Shown: positions 31,071-41,791, counted from the first letter of the stretch. The stretch: 64,000 nucleotides of DNA from an uncultured Pseudomonadales bacterium (GCA_964510525.1 CAZECE010000141.1:9338-73337), one strand, 5' to 3'. Notes: a model not told the origin generated them from the sequence alone. Numbers and translations: made by a program.

Positions 31071-31940
31071 CCAGTTATTGAGATTCATTGTTTCGCCCCA
31101 CAAAAAATAACCCCAACCGGCCGCAGCTAAAAACGGACCAAATGGAATAGCGTGGTTTCTGTTGTGTTTGACGATCAGTATCATCCCAATGCCGATAACA
31201 GACCCGACCAACGACGACCATAAAATAATACTTGGGATGGCTTCCCAGCCCATCCAGGCGCCCAATGCGGCCAATAATTTGAAATCACCGTAACCCATGC
31301 CTTCTTTCCCGGTGATCAATTTAAACGCCCAATACACAGACCATAAGCACAAGTAGCCGGCAACAGCGCCAATCACCGCACTTTCCAATGGCACGAAGGT
31401 GCCGTTCAGATTTAACAACAAACCTAACCAAAGCAACGGCAGGGTGATTTGATCAGGTAACAATTTATGATCGTAATCGATCAGCGATAATGTCCATAAA
31501 GACCAACTGAAGAGCAGCGCCCACAGAAGGCTCATACTGACGCCAAGCTGTTGTGCGACAACCAGGCTGATCAGTGCTGTGATGCTTTCAACAATGGGGT
31601 AGCGTGCTGAGATTGGCGCTTTGCAGTGGTGACATTGGCCTTTTAGAAACAAGTAACTGAAGACTGGAATGTTGCACCAGGGTTTGATTCGGTTATCGCA
31701 CGTTGGGCAAGTGGAGGGCGGCCAAATAAGGTTGAAGCGTTCGGGTTTTGTATCGGGAGAGTCCGAGTTTTCCAAAATATCACGAGCACTTTGCTCCCAT
31801 TCGATAAACATCATCTTTGGTAGGCGGTACACCACGACGTTTAGAAAACTCCCAACCATCAAACCTAACAAAACCACACTGAAATAAAACAGCGGCGGTA
31901 TCTGGTCAAGTTGGTAAAAAAAGTCCGAGAGTATAAGCAC
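31059..31940 (-). CDS. pilD: Prepilin peptidase/N-methyltransferase
   Basis: GSFLNVVVYRLP, CPTC...CHHC, IDYDHKLLPD, GMGYGDFKL. Confidence 0.96.
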   Translation of the reverse strand: MLILSDFFYQLDQIPPLFYFSVVLLGLMVGSFLNVVVYRLPKMMFIEWEQSARDILENSDSPDTKPERFNLIWPPSTCPTCDNRIKPWCNIPVFSYLFLKGQCHHCKAPISARYPIVESITALISLVVAQQLGVSMSLLWALLFSWSLWTLSLIDYDHKLLPDQITLPLLWLGLLLNLNGTFVPLESAVIGAVAGYLCLWSVYWAFKLITGKEGMGYGDFKLLAALGAWMGWEAIPSIILWSSLVGSVIGIGMILIVKHNRNHAIPFGPFLAAAGWGYFLWGETMNLNNWLLI

Positions 31941-32006
31941 GTTAGTTAAGCCTCAACATGAATACGAACATGATTAGTTTCACGCTTTTACACCAGGCAT
32001 AGTGTA

Positions 32007-32181
32007 CATCATTCCAGACATCGGGCACGTCATTCCAGATATCGGGCACGTCATTCCAGATATCGGCTTCGTCATTCCAGACTTGATCTGGAATCCAGGG
32101 GTAAAATCTCCCAATTAAAATAACAGTAGGACTCACTTCAGTGCCTCCAGCTCTGGATCCCAGGTCAAGCCTGGGATGACG
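32007..32181. repeat. CGTC-type REP-like inverted doublet preceded by three 21-bp partial copies
   Basis: CGTC-ATTCCAGA-cttga-TCTGGAAT-CCAG at 32070-98 and an inverted copy (stem ATCCCAGG/CCTGGGAT) at 32153-81. 21-bp cgtcattccagatatcgggca-like units at 32007, 32028 and 32049. Confidence 0.8.
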
Positions 32182-32211
32182 TTCCTACTTATCGTTTTAT
32201 CGTTACGAGGA

Positions 32212-33489
32212 TTAAACCACGGAACCCATTTGGAAAATAGGCAAGTACATGGCGGTAATCAAACCACCGACCACCACGCCAAGAACCGCCATGATCATGG
32301 GTTCCATCAGACTGGTGATGCCATCGACCGCATTATCCACTTCTTCTTCGTAATAGTTAGCGACTTTATCCAACATGTTATCCAATGCGCCAGACTCTTC
32401 CCCAATGGAGACCATTTGAATCGCCATGGGTGGAAACACGCCGGTTGATTTCATCGCAAACTGTAACTGCTGGCCCGACGACACATCTTCTTTAATACTG
32501 GCAACCGCGCGCTTATAAACGATGTTGCCGGTAGCGCCGGCTACAGAATCCAAGGCCTCGACCAGCGGAACCCCGGCGGCAAAGGTGGTGGAGAGGGTGC
32601 GAGCGTAACGTGCTACTGTTGCTTGAAACACAATATTCCCAATAACGGGTGCCTTCAACGCAAATCTATCCAGCAATTCACAAAACGCCGATGATCGCAG
32701 TTTGGCTTGTTTGAAACCGATTATGGTGCCGACAATGGCAAGAATCAGAATCCACCAATATTGTTGCATCCATTCAGAAATGCCAATCACAAATTGGGTG
32801 AATGCAGGCAGATCCGCACCGAAACCTTCAAAAAGCTCCTGAAAAGTAGGCACCACCTTGATCAGCAGGATCACTGTGACGATGAATGCAATAGTCACCA
32901 CGGCAATGGGGTATTTCATGGCTTTTTTGATTTTTGATTTTAATGCTTCGGATTTCTCTTTGTAGGTGGCCACTCGATCCAACATGCTTTCCAGCGCACC
33001 GGATTGCTCCCCTGAGGCAACGAGGCTGCAAAACAAATCATCGAAGTACTGTGGGTAATTGGTTAAAGACGTAGCCAGATTATTACCCGCTTCGACATCG
33101 GCTTTTATTTCCATGACCAGCTTTTGCATCGAGGCTTTTTCAAGACCATCTGCGACAATTTCGAAAGATTGCACCAAAGGCACACCGGCTTTCATCATAG
33201 TGGCCAGTTGCCGGACAAAAACGGCAATGTCCATGGGGGTGATTTTTTGGCTGCCGGAACCAAACAGCGGTTGTGGTTTCTTTTTAATTTTAGAGGTACT
33301 GATGCCTTGTTTGCGCAACTCGGCTTTAGCCAGTGCGGTATTGTCACTGGTGATTTCACCATTGGTGCGGTTGCCGCGTTTATCAGTACCCTCATAAACA
33401 TAAAGCGTTTTACCGCTTTTTTTCGCTTTAGACGCCTTCGATGCTTTTACTGGCTTTTTCGCTCGAGTTTTGGTTTTTGCTACTGCCAT
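32212..33489 (-). CDS. pilC: Type IV pilus inner-membrane platform protein
   Basis: RQLATMMKAGVPL, GEQSGAL, KIKKAMKYP, GEESGAL, AMYLPIF. Confidence 0.96.
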   Translation of the reverse strand: MAVAKTKTRAKKPVKASKASKAKKSGKTLYVYEGTDKRGNRTNGEITSDNTALAKAELRKQGISTSKIKKKPQPLFGSGSQKITPMDIAVFVRQLATMMKAGVPLVQSFEIVADGLEKASMQKLVMEIKADVEAGNNLATSLTNYPQYFDDLFCSLVASGEQSGALESMLDRVATYKEKSEALKSKIKKAMKYPIAVVTIAFIVTVILLIKVVPTFQELFEGFGADLPAFTQFVIGISEWMQQYWWILILAIVGTIIGFKQAKLRSSAFCELLDRFALKAPVIGNIVFQATVARYARTLSTTFAAGVPLVEALDSVAGATGNIVYKRAVASIKEDVSSGQQLQFAMKSTGVFPPMAIQMVSIGEESGALDNMLDKVANYYEEEVDNAVDGITSLMEPMIMAVLGVVVGGLITAMYLPIFQMGSVV

Positions 33490-33491
33490 GG

Positions 33492-35195
33492 TTAATGCCC
33501 TGATGTGACTCTATCGACTTCTTCAATGCTGGTAACGCCGGCTTTGATCTTCTCTAATCCAGAGGCCCTTAAATCATTAAAGCCTTCTTTTTGACAGGCG
33601 TCAGCAATTTCAATGGAATTGCCATCTTGCATGATGATTCGTGCGATTGGGTCGGTGATTTGAACCACCTCATAAATCCCTACCCGACCTTTATAGCCGG
33701 CATTGCACTTTTCACAGCCGACGGGCCCATAGACCACAGCCTCTTCGAGATCCTCCTCATCAAATCCCAGTTCGATGAGTGATTCAGGCGGAATATCAAC
33801 CGGTTCTTTACAGTTACTGCATAACCTTCTGGCCAGCCGCTGAGCGATAATCAAGGAAACGGACGTGGCGATATTAAATGAGGGCACGCCCATGTTTCTT
33901 AGGCGGGTTAGGGTTTCAGGCGCACTGTTGGTGTGTAAGGTGGATAAGACCAAATGGCCCGTTTGAGCCGCCTTGATGGCGATTGAAGCCGTTTCTAAAT
34001 CGCGAATCTCACCCACCATCACGATATCTGGATCCTGACGTAAGAAGGCTCGTAACGCTGAGCTGAAATCCAGGCCAACCTTGGGGTTTACGTTGACCTG
34101 ATTAATGCCTTCTAAGTTAATCTCAACGGGATCTTCCGCCGTCGAGATATTCCGCTCAGGGGTATTCAGAATATTCAAGCCGGTATACAACGAAACGGTT
34201 TTACCACTGCCGGTTGGGCCGGTGACCAGAATCATGCCCTGGGGTTGTTCCAGCGCATTTAAATACATGGCTTTTTGATCTTCCTCATAGCCGAGCATAT
34301 CAATACCCAGTTTGGCACTGTCTGGATCCAGAATCCGCAAACAGATTTTCTCCCCCCAGAGCGTGGGAAGGGTATTGACCCGAAAATCAATGGCTTTCTT
34401 GGCGGAAACTTTCAATTTAATCCGCCCGTCTTGCGGAATTCGGCGCTCTGAGATGTTCATTGAGGACATCACTTTTAAACGCGCCGCTATTTTGCTGGCC
34501 GTATTAACGGGAGGTCGGGTGATTTCTTTTAAAATACCATCCGATCGAAAGCGTACTCGGTAGGCTTTTTCATAGGGTTCAAAGTGAATATCGGAAGCCC
34601 CGATTTTGATGGCATCAAATAAGACTTTATTGACGAATTTAACAATGGGGGCATCTTCAGCGCCATCATCATCAACGTCACCTCCGCCATCAACATGGAC
34701 GTCGCCATCCAGCTCGACCAGTTCGTCGTCATCAATGTCTAAGCCGCCGCTGCTGCTATCAAAGAGTTGTTCGATGGTGTCGCTCAGTTTATCGAAGGCC
34801 ACCACAACGGGATCGATGTTCAGTCCGGTATTAAATTTGATGTCATCGAGGGCTTGTATGTTACTCGGATCCGCCAGAGCCACATAGAGGATGCTGCCAC
34901 GCTTAAATAAGGGCAGAACCAAATGCTTTTTGATCAGTTGTTCTTGAACCAAATCGACCGGCATGTGGCTGGGGTCGATCGATTCAAGTAACAGCAGGGG
35001 AGTACCGAACTCTTCACTGGCGGCTTTAGCGACTTTTTTAGCCGCAACCAAATTATTGGTAACCAAATGCTCGACGAGAGAGACTTTTTCTTTACGCGCC
35101 GCCTCTTCAGCCTCAGCCAAAGTGCTCTCTTCGATGATCTCTTCTGCGACTAAACGCATACCGAGCGCACTGAACGTTTTTGAACTGGCTACCAT
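33492..35195 (-). CDS. pilB: Type IV pilus assembly ATPase
   Basis: GPTGSGKT, AEDPVE, LRQDPD, TGHLVLSTLHTN, Zn-binding CSNC/CEKC. Confidence 0.97.
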   Translation of the reverse strand: MVASSKTFSALGMRLVAEEIIEESTLAEAEEAARKEKVSLVEHLVTNNLVAAKKVAKAASEEFGTPLLLLESIDPSHMPVDLVQEQLIKKHLVLPLFKRGSILYVALADPSNIQALDDIKFNTGLNIDPVVVAFDKLSDTIEQLFDSSSGGLDIDDDELVELDGDVHVDGGGDVDDDGAEDAPIVKFVNKVLFDAIKIGASDIHFEPYEKAYRVRFRSDGILKEITRPPVNTASKIAARLKVMSSMNISERRIPQDGRIKLKVSAKKAIDFRVNTLPTLWGEKICLRILDPDSAKLGIDMLGYEEDQKAMYLNALEQPQGMILVTGPTGSGKTVSLYTGLNILNTPERNISTAEDPVEINLEGINQVNVNPKVGLDFSSALRAFLRQDPDIVMVGEIRDLETASIAIKAAQTGHLVLSTLHTNSAPETLTRLRNMGVPSFNIATSVSLIIAQRLARRLCSNCKEPVDIPPESLIELGFDEEDLEEAVVYGPVGCEKCNAGYKGRVGIYEVVQITDPIARIIMQDGNSIEIADACQKEGFNDLRASGLEKIKAGVTSIEEVDRVTSGH

Positions 35196-35296
35196 AGTGA
35201 TATCGTTTTAATAAAAAGAGTCGGCTTTTTAAGGTGTTAACACCAACAGTTTAGTCGGTAATTTTGGAGGTGGCTTGGTAAAAGTCGTTTTAAGGA

Positions 35297-35316
35297 GGGC
35301 AGGGCTGGGTTTAGGG
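35297..35316 (+). other. Canonical G-quadruplex motif upstream of pilB
   Basis: GGG ca GGG ct GGG ttta GGG. Confidence 0.55.
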
Positions 35317-35660
35317 TACAGCGGATGTAAACGTTTTTTTTGCTCGTGATGATGAAACGATTTGAATTTAGCGTATTGAAGACCATTGGGATGTGAGATT
35401 GTGTGAGTTTATGTGAGATTTACCTCATAAAACCAAATCAGCGGCTTCAAAGAAACGCAACAAGCGGTGGTTTTCGGTTCTATGATGGCTTTCTTGGCCG
35501 CCATAGATAACAGTTGGCATCTCACAAGAATTCCATAGTTTGTTGCTTGCAGCATAAGTAAAATAAGTAACAGGGGTTTCTTAAGTGGCTATGATTAATA
35601 AGTAACTATCAAAGACTTATAACCTTGTAGGCTTTAAAAATCTTAAATGGATGTTTTTAA

Positions 35661-37550
35661 ATGTGCGGTATCGCGTTCATTTACAATGATTCGGGGAATG
35701 CCGCTGAATGCTCGCATCGGATATCCGAAGCATTAAAAAAAATGCAGCACCGTGGTCCAGACGGTTCTGGTACATTTCAATATCAAAATGCCTTTCTAGG
35801 GCATGTTCGACTGTCAATTATTGATCTCGACTTATCTATACAACCGTTTATTTCAAATGATGAGCGATATGCTCTGATTTTCAACGGTGAAATTTACAAC
35901 TATAAAGCGCTTAGAAACAGCTTTGAAGGTCGTTGGGCATTTAGAACGGGTGGTGATACAGAAGTATTATTAGCCGGCTTAATTTTGGAAGGTACCCATT
36001 TCTTAAACAAAATGGAGGGTATGTGGGCTTTTTGTTATTGGGATAACCATACGGAAACGGCGCTGTTGTGTAGAGACAGGAGCGGCAAAAAACCATTATT
36101 TTTTCGTCAAAACCAGAAAAAGCTGACGTGTGCCTCAGAACTGCCCGCTTTACGCCAATTGGATGCAGATAGCTGGCAAGTCTCGCCAGAAAGCCAGGTT
36201 AATTATTTTAAATACGGTTATTGTTCCCCAGGAAAAACGTTTTATCAAGAAATTCAAGAAATTAAGCCTGGCCATTATCTCTATTGGAAAAAAAACGCGG
36301 TCCCTCAACAAGAGCGATATTGGTCTATTGAAACACAACGGTTTACGGGATCAAAAGTTGAGGCGGCTGAAAAGATTCGTGAGTTGTTTAAAAGTTCCGT
36401 TAAAAAACGTTTGGTCAGTGATGTAGAGGTGGGTACCTTTCTTTCGGGCGGTATTGATTCCTCATTAGTAACAGCTCAAGCTTCTAAACTAACAACGGAT
36501 CCCATTAAGGCCTTTACCATTGGGTATGATGATCAGGTGAGTGATGAGCGCCCTTTTGCTAAAGTCATTGCTGAGAATTTGAATATTGACCATCAAACTT
36601 ATTGTTTGAAGCAGTGGAACCCTAATATTTTAGAGAAGCTATTGAATTCTAGTATTGGTCAACCCTTTGCGGATTCATCAATTTTACCTTCTTATGAAGT
36701 TTCAAAGATGGCAGCAAAATATGTAAAGGTAGCTTTGTCGGGAGATGGGAGTGATGAGCTTTTTTGTGGCTATACCAGATATAAAGTTCGAGCAATTTTA
36801 AAATGGTACTTGCATGCTCCAAACTTTTTTCGTAAGAAATTTAAGTTGCTACTATCGAGAAGTGTATCGGATCATTTTCAACGAAAAAGGTTTTACAGTT
36901 TCATTTATCGCATACTGAATGTGATTGAATGTTTAGAAGATGAAACACCCTATAAAGGTGGTAGAGTTTTTTCAAATCAAAAAATTTTGTCGCTTTTAAA
37001 TACATATCAATCTATACAAAATGGCGTATCGAAAAATGAAGAGGTTTTACAAAGTTTCGATGAAGTCGCTTCTATGATGAAATCGGATTTTTTAAACTAC
37101 TTACCGCAAGATATACACCAAAAAGTGGATCGTGCTTCCATGTTTTGTTCATTAGAAATACGCGCTCCATTTTTGGATTCTGAATTGATTCAGCATGCCT
37201 TCTCTTTACCAGAATCCTGGCATTACGGTAATACACAAAATAAACCCATGCTGCGTTTAGCGTTTAAAAATTTGCTACCACAAGTAATTTGGAATCGTAA
37301 AAAACAAGGCTTTGTCCCGCCTGTTCAAGAGTGGTTAATGGGAGATTTAGGGGGAGAGTTGCGTGCACTGCTCTATTCAGACCGTGAATCTTTACTTAAT
37401 CGTGGTGTGGTAGATCAGATGTTAAATGACCATAAAGCAGGAGTTCTAAATCATACGTATCGTTTGTGGTTGGTATATGTTTATTTGCTATGGAACAATA
37501 AACACCTATCCAGTTTCTCAACCTCTTTAAATGTTGCCAATAAAGTATGA
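35661..37550 (+). CDS. AsnB-family glutamine amidotransferase (glycan amidation type), copy 1
   Basis: MCG N-terminal nucleophile, HRGPD, RLSIIDL, FNGEIYN, LSGGIDSS, SGDGSDELF. Confidence 0.9.
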   Translation: MCGIAFIYNDSGNAAECSHRISEALKKMQHRGPDGSGTFQYQNAFLGHVRLSIIDLDLSIQPFISNDERYALIFNGEIYNYKALRNSFEGRWAFRTGGDTEVLLAGLILEGTHFLNKMEGMWAFCYWDNHTETALLCRDRSGKKPLFFRQNQKKLTCASELPALRQLDADSWQVSPESQVNYFKYGYCSPGKTFYQEIQEIKPGHYLYWKKNAVPQQERYWSIETQRFTGSKVEAAEKIRELFKSSVKKRLVSDVEVGTFLSGGIDSSLVTAQASKLTTDPIKAFTIGYDDQVSDERPFAKVIAENLNIDHQTYCLKQWNPNILEKLLNSSIGQPFADSSILPSYEVSKMAAKYVKVALSGDGSDELFCGYTRYKVRAILKWYLHAPNFFRKKFKLLLSRSVSDHFQRKRFYSFIYRILNVIECLEDETPYKGGRVFSNQKILSLLNTYQSIQNGVSKNEEVLQSFDEVASMMKSDFLNYLPQDIHQKVDRASMFCSLEIRAPFLDSELIQHAFSLPESWHYGNTQNKPMLRLAFKNLLPQVIWNRKKQGFVPPVQEWLMGDLGGELRALLYSDRESLLNRGVVDQMLNDHKAGVLNHTYRLWLVYVYLLWNNKHLSSFSTSLNVANKV

Positions 37551-38662
37551 CCGAAAACGATCACGCCATTATTTTCGTGTTCCCGAGGCTGGTCTCAGGT
37601 GGAGCAGAAGGCGTTTTGAATCTATTAGCAACAAAGCTTGCAAAAGAGAACAATGTGATTTTACTGACGACTCAAAGAGTACAGGATATTCCTCTAGATT
37701 TTTCAGCTAGCTATTCAATTTTTCAATGCTCAAATTTGATTCAGTTTTTTATGCAATTAAAGAGTTTATATAAATCCTATAAAAAGCTGACTGTTATCAG
37801 CTCTTTTACGGATATTAATATTCTATTGTGTTTATTTAAGAAAATTCGATTTAAAAACATCAGGCTTATCTTAAGGGAAGCCATTCATCCATTTTGGCAT
37901 TTGAATGAAACAAAACTAGGGTTGCTTTATAAGTTGGGGTATCGGTTATATTCGGAAGCAGATGAGGTCATTTGTTTAACGGATGAAATGAAAGAAGATT
38001 TAAAGAAGCTTATCCCTCCTACAGTCAATTCTGTTCATGTTATACCTAATTTTTTCGACACTGATTTAGATCTTTCATGGAGCCCACCTAAGGACGAAAT
38101 TATTATCACGACGGTTGGTCGCCTTTGTTATCAAAAAGGGTATGATCAATTAATTAAAGCGTTTTATCGATTAACTCATCAATACGAAGATGTGAAGTTA
38201 AGAATGATTGGTGATGGACCTGAAAAACGGAATCTTAAAAATCTTACACGTGGATTAGGAATTGAAAAAAGTATCATATTTGAAGGTTGGGTCGAAAATC
38301 CATTTGAATATGTATCAAAATCTTCATTCTATGTGATGAGTTCAAGATACGAAGGATTTTCTAATGCTATGTTTGAAACTCTATATTGTGGTGTACCTGT
38401 GCTTGCAACGGCTCAATATACGGGCGCTACTCAAATAAATCACTTTGAAGAAGTTGGCCACCTTGTTTCAAGCTGCTCCGAAGCGGATTTATCTAAGGGT
38501 TTGGCTTATATGTACGAGAACATTAATGAGTTTAAAGCAGAAAAAATTCAAAATTTGGCGCATGAACTGATCAATTTAACTAGAACTATTGATCAATACA
38601 TGAACTTGATTCTGAATCTTAGCAATCATTCAAATGATTTCAAAAAAGATGCAAAACGATAA
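37547..38662 (+). CDS. GT4 glycosyltransferase
   Basis: SGGAE, VGRLCYQKG, IGDGPE, SSRYEGFSNAMFE. Confidence 0.9.
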   Translation: MTENDHAIIFVFPRLVSGGAEGVLNLLATKLAKENNVILLTTQRVQDIPLDFSASYSIFQCSNLIQFFMQLKSLYKSYKKLTVISSFTDINILLCLFKKIRFKNIRLILREAIHPFWHLNETKLGLLYKLGYRLYSEADEVICLTDEMKEDLKKLIPPTVNSVHVIPNFFDTDLDLSWSPPKDEIIITTVGRLCYQKGYDQLIKAFYRLTHQYEDVKLRMIGDGPEKRNLKNLTRGLGIEKSIIFEGWVENPFEYVSKSSFYVMSSRYEGFSNAMFETLYCGVPVLATAQYTGATQINHFEEVGHLVSSCSEADLSKGLAYMYENINEFKAEKIQNLAHELINLTRTIDQYMNLILNLSNHSNDFKKDAKR

Positions 38663-39740
38663 AGTTAATCATTCTGTTATTTTTTTTGTACCGTCATTAG
38701 CAATCGGAGGCGCGGAAAAAGTGATGGTTCGATTAGCCAATGGTTTAGTCAAGAAAGGCATTGACTGTTACTTTATTAGTTTTTTTGATGGGAGCATGAA
38801 ATCTGAAATAGACGATAATATACCTGTTTCTATTCTCAGTAATAAACTAAAGTTTAGCGTGGTAAGTTTTATAAAAAGTCTAATCAAACTTATTTTGGTA
38901 GTGCGCAGTATTCATCCAAATTCAATTGTATCAACGGTCACAGGAGCGAATCTAGTTCTGTGTGCGTTTAAGTTTTTTTTGCCGAAAAAAACACGAGTTA
39001 TTATCAGGGAAGCAACAACGCTGCAGAACTATTCGAAAATAAAGTTTTTTCTTGCTTTACTGTTGTACCGAAATGCAGACACTGCTATATGTGTTTCTAA
39101 TGTAGTAAAAAAAGGCTTAAAAAACCATCGAATTGTTAGTGAAAAGCAGTTACGTGTTATCTACAACCCCGCTTCGATTCCCATAAAGCGTCAAAAAAAA
39201 GAAATGAATAAGGTGGATGGCCCTTTTATTTTCCTATCCGTTGGTCGTTTAGTTCACGTCAAAGGGTTAGATGTATTGATCAATGCTTTTTTAAAGTTCC
39301 AAGAAAAAACACAAGGTAAAGGCAAGCTGTATATTGTCGGTGACGGCCCTGAACGACATTCTCTAGAAAAAATACTTGAAGGCCAACTCTATAAAATGGA
39401 CGTTAATTTTGTCGGCATGTCTCCAACCCCAGAAGAGTATTACGAACTGGCAGATTGCTATGTAATGGCTTCTCGATGGGAAGGGTTTCCTAATGCCCTC
39501 TTGGATGCGATAAGCTATCAGCTTCCAATCATTTCTTCTGATTGCGATGCTGCATTAGAAATATTAAATAAAAATCAGGAAAATAGAATTTTTCCCATGA
39601 ATGACTCATGTACTTTAGCAAGAGAGATGTTAGAAGTTTATGAGAAAAGAGTAAATTTTAAACCTGGTGAAATTCCATCGTTATTTAATATGTCTGAAAT
39701 TTTAGAGCAGTATTGTGAAGAATTGATACCTAGGTACTAA
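38634..39740 (+). CDS. GT4 glycosyltransferase
   Basis: IGGAEK, VGRLVHVKG, VGDGPE, SRWEGFPNALLD. Confidence 0.9.
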   Translation: MISKKMQNDKVNHSVIFFVPSLAIGGAEKVMVRLANGLVKKGIDCYFISFFDGSMKSEIDDNIPVSILSNKLKFSVVSFIKSLIKLILVVRSIHPNSIVSTVTGANLVLCAFKFFLPKKTRVIIREATTLQNYSKIKFFLALLLYRNADTAICVSNVVKKGLKNHRIVSEKQLRVIYNPASIPIKRQKKEMNKVDGPFIFLSVGRLVHVKGLDVLINAFLKFQEKTQGKGKLYIVGDGPERHSLEKILEGQLYKMDVNFVGMSPTPEEYYELADCYVMASRWEGFPNALLDAISYQLPIISSDCDAALEILNKNQENRIFPMNDSCTLAREMLEVYEKRVNFKPGEIPSLFNMSEILEQYCEELIPRY

Positions 39741-41672
39741 CTAAATATTTAAAAGGCTGTATTCTGTCTTTTCAATTAACATTTGGTATATTTTTTTCTG
39801 ATTGGCGTTTAATTTTTCGACATTTAATTGTTGGAGTAATTCCTTGCTTTTGTTAAGTTTATTTGATTGAAAGAGCATGATTGCCATTTCTAGTTGGTGA
39901 GAATAATTATTTGGTTCAGTGTTAATGGCTTTTTTTAAGTAGTGTAAGGCTATCTCCGGAGTACCTTGAGATTCTATGTAATGCGCAATTTGAGAATAGA
40001 TGTGAGCTTTAAAATAAGGCAGAACTGTTGGATTATCTTCAAAAGCCAACACAATTTTATTGATAAGAGCAGTTTTTGTTTTGCAGGCCTGATTAATGTT
40101 ACAAATAAAAAATTCCTGGATGCGCTTCATGTTTTCGCGCTCTATTTGGACGGTTTTTATTCTGAAAAGTAGTTCTTCAACCCAGGCGTCTTCGGGGGGA
40201 GCACCTACTGATTCATTCAACCTAAGCAGAGCAAAAAGTCCGGATAAGTCGATGTCCAAGTTTAGGTATGTTTGTTCGAAAGCCTCTTTAGCCCGTATGT
40301 AGTTTTCAGATCTGGCGGAGGGCGATTCTTCAAACTGTAACGATAAATAATACCATCTCCCAGCATTGTGTTGTGTGCGATTTGAGCTTGGATTCTTTAG
40401 TGCTTCTGATGCTACAAGGCTTGGCATGTCTTTCCAGTGTTGAGCTCTGAGTGCAGTTGCGCTCAGTAAAATGAGAAAAATAATAGGTAGAATGATGTTG
40501 GCCTTCAAGTTCATATGTGTTATTTCACATGCCTTGATAAGCAGGCCTGAAACTGCTAATAAAATCCCTATCATTGGGAAATAATTTCGATGTTCGTGTA
40601 CGAGTTCGAGAGATAGAATACTGGATTCTATGCTGTGGCTGGTAAGAAACCACAGAGTTCCGAAAAAGAACAATGGTACTGATTTCCGGAATTTAAATGC
40701 TCCTAAGATGACAAAAATCCAAGCAAAAATAGAGAAAGCGGTCGTAGGCTCAAGTAAACTGACAGACTTTTTTATATCATCGTGAAAAAGACTCATTTTT
40801 AGAATATTGGGCAATATTATTTGGTATACGTAAAACCAGAGAACCCTTGTTTGGGTCATGAGTCTTTCATAGATGGTGTAACCACGATTGCTGTAGATAT
40901 TGACCCACCAATCCCAGTTGAAAGCAATACTGATCAATAGGATTGCTATGATCAGCCAGCAACTGCTAACTATACAAGTTAATATAGAGCGCTGTTTGGG
41001 ATCTTTGGTTTCTTTTTTAAAGAAAACGGTTTCTGTTGCCAAGATAATAAAGCCGATAACCACACCATTTTCTTTGCATAGAATGGCGCATATACCAAAA
41101 ATCAAGCACAAGAAAAATGGAAATAAATGATAGCCTTGGTGGTTGATTAAAGTTATACGCCACTTTAAATAAAAGCTGTAGCTCAATACCATAAAGAAAA
41201 AGCACATAGTGGCCATGCGTTGGACAACATAAAGTACTGATGTGAGATTAAAGGGGTGGGCGGCCCAAACAATAGCAAGAAAAATGGGCAGCTTATTTCT
41301 TGCGAAAATTAAGTGTGATTGGTTCTCATCTCTGAAAACTATTCTCATTAACAGAGTCAAACACCAAGCAAGCGCAAAGGTATTAGCCAAGTGTATGATT
41401 AGATTCGTTACTTTGAAGGGGAATGGGTCAAGGCCAAAGTAATATTTTGTAATGGCTAAGGACAAAATGGGAATCGGTCTGCCAAGGGGACCAGTTTCTG
41501 AAAGAAATGCTATTTCTGCTAGTGAGCTGGGGCTTATGTTTTTAAGTATGATGTCTTCGTTTTCTACTAGCGTAGGAAAATCATCGAAAACATAAGGGCC
41601 GTTGAGGGCTGGGGCGTATGCAATTAAAACTAATATTAAAAATGGAAGTAATCTAAGGAGTGTGAGCTTCAC
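39741..41672 (-). CDS. GT-C multi-TM glycosyltransferase with TPR-like tail (TfpW/TMTC-like), directly downstream of pilA
   Basis: YVFDDF acidic motif after TM1, GRPI, HPFNLTSVLYVVQR, KENG, EHRNYFP; about 11 TMs then helical repeats. Confidence 0.75.
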   Translation of the reverse strand: MKLTLLRLLPFLILVLIAYAPALNGPYVFDDFPTLVENEDIILKNISPSSLAEIAFLSETGPLGRPIPILSLAITKYYFGLDPFPFKVTNLIIHLANTFALAWCLTLLMRIVFRDENQSHLIFARNKLPIFLAIVWAAHPFNLTSVLYVVQRMATMCFFFMVLSYSFYLKWRITLINHQGYHLFPFFLCLIFGICAILCKENGVVIGFIILATETVFFKKETKDPKQRSILTCIVSSCWLIIAILLISIAFNWDWWVNIYSNRGYTIYERLMTQTRVLWFYVYQIILPNILKMSLFHDDIKKSVSLLEPTTAFSIFAWIFVILGAFKFRKSVPLFFFGTLWFLTSHSIESSILSLELVHEHRNYFPMIGILLAVSGLLIKACEITHMNLKANIILPIIFLILLSATALRAQHWKDMPSLVASEALKNPSSNRTQHNAGRWYYLSLQFEESPSARSENYIRAKEAFEQTYLNLDIDLSGLFALLRLNESVGAPPEDAWVEELLFRIKTVQIERENMKRIQEFFICNINQACKTKTALINKIVLAFEDNPTVLPYFKAHIYSQIAHYIESQGTPEIALHYLKKAINTEPNNYSHQLEMAIMLFQSNKLNKSKELLQQLNVEKLNANQKKIYQMLIEKTEYSLLNI

Positions 41673-41791
41673 AAAGTTTGTTTCTCAATAGAAAGATGGG
41701 ACTTCTTCTTATGATATCTGTCTAAGGTGCTGTTGATTTAGATATTTATTAAGTGTTCCATATTAATTATATTTAACCGAAAATTAAAAAC

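Noticed and set aside
32007-32098. CRISPR array
   Set aside because: The 21-bp units are contiguous with no unique spacers, and there are no cas genes. It fits a REP-derived tandem repeat.
31942-32136. 64-aa ORF with WNDVPDI repeats
   Set aside because: It is the translation of the REP/tandem repeat DNA, so probably not a real protein.
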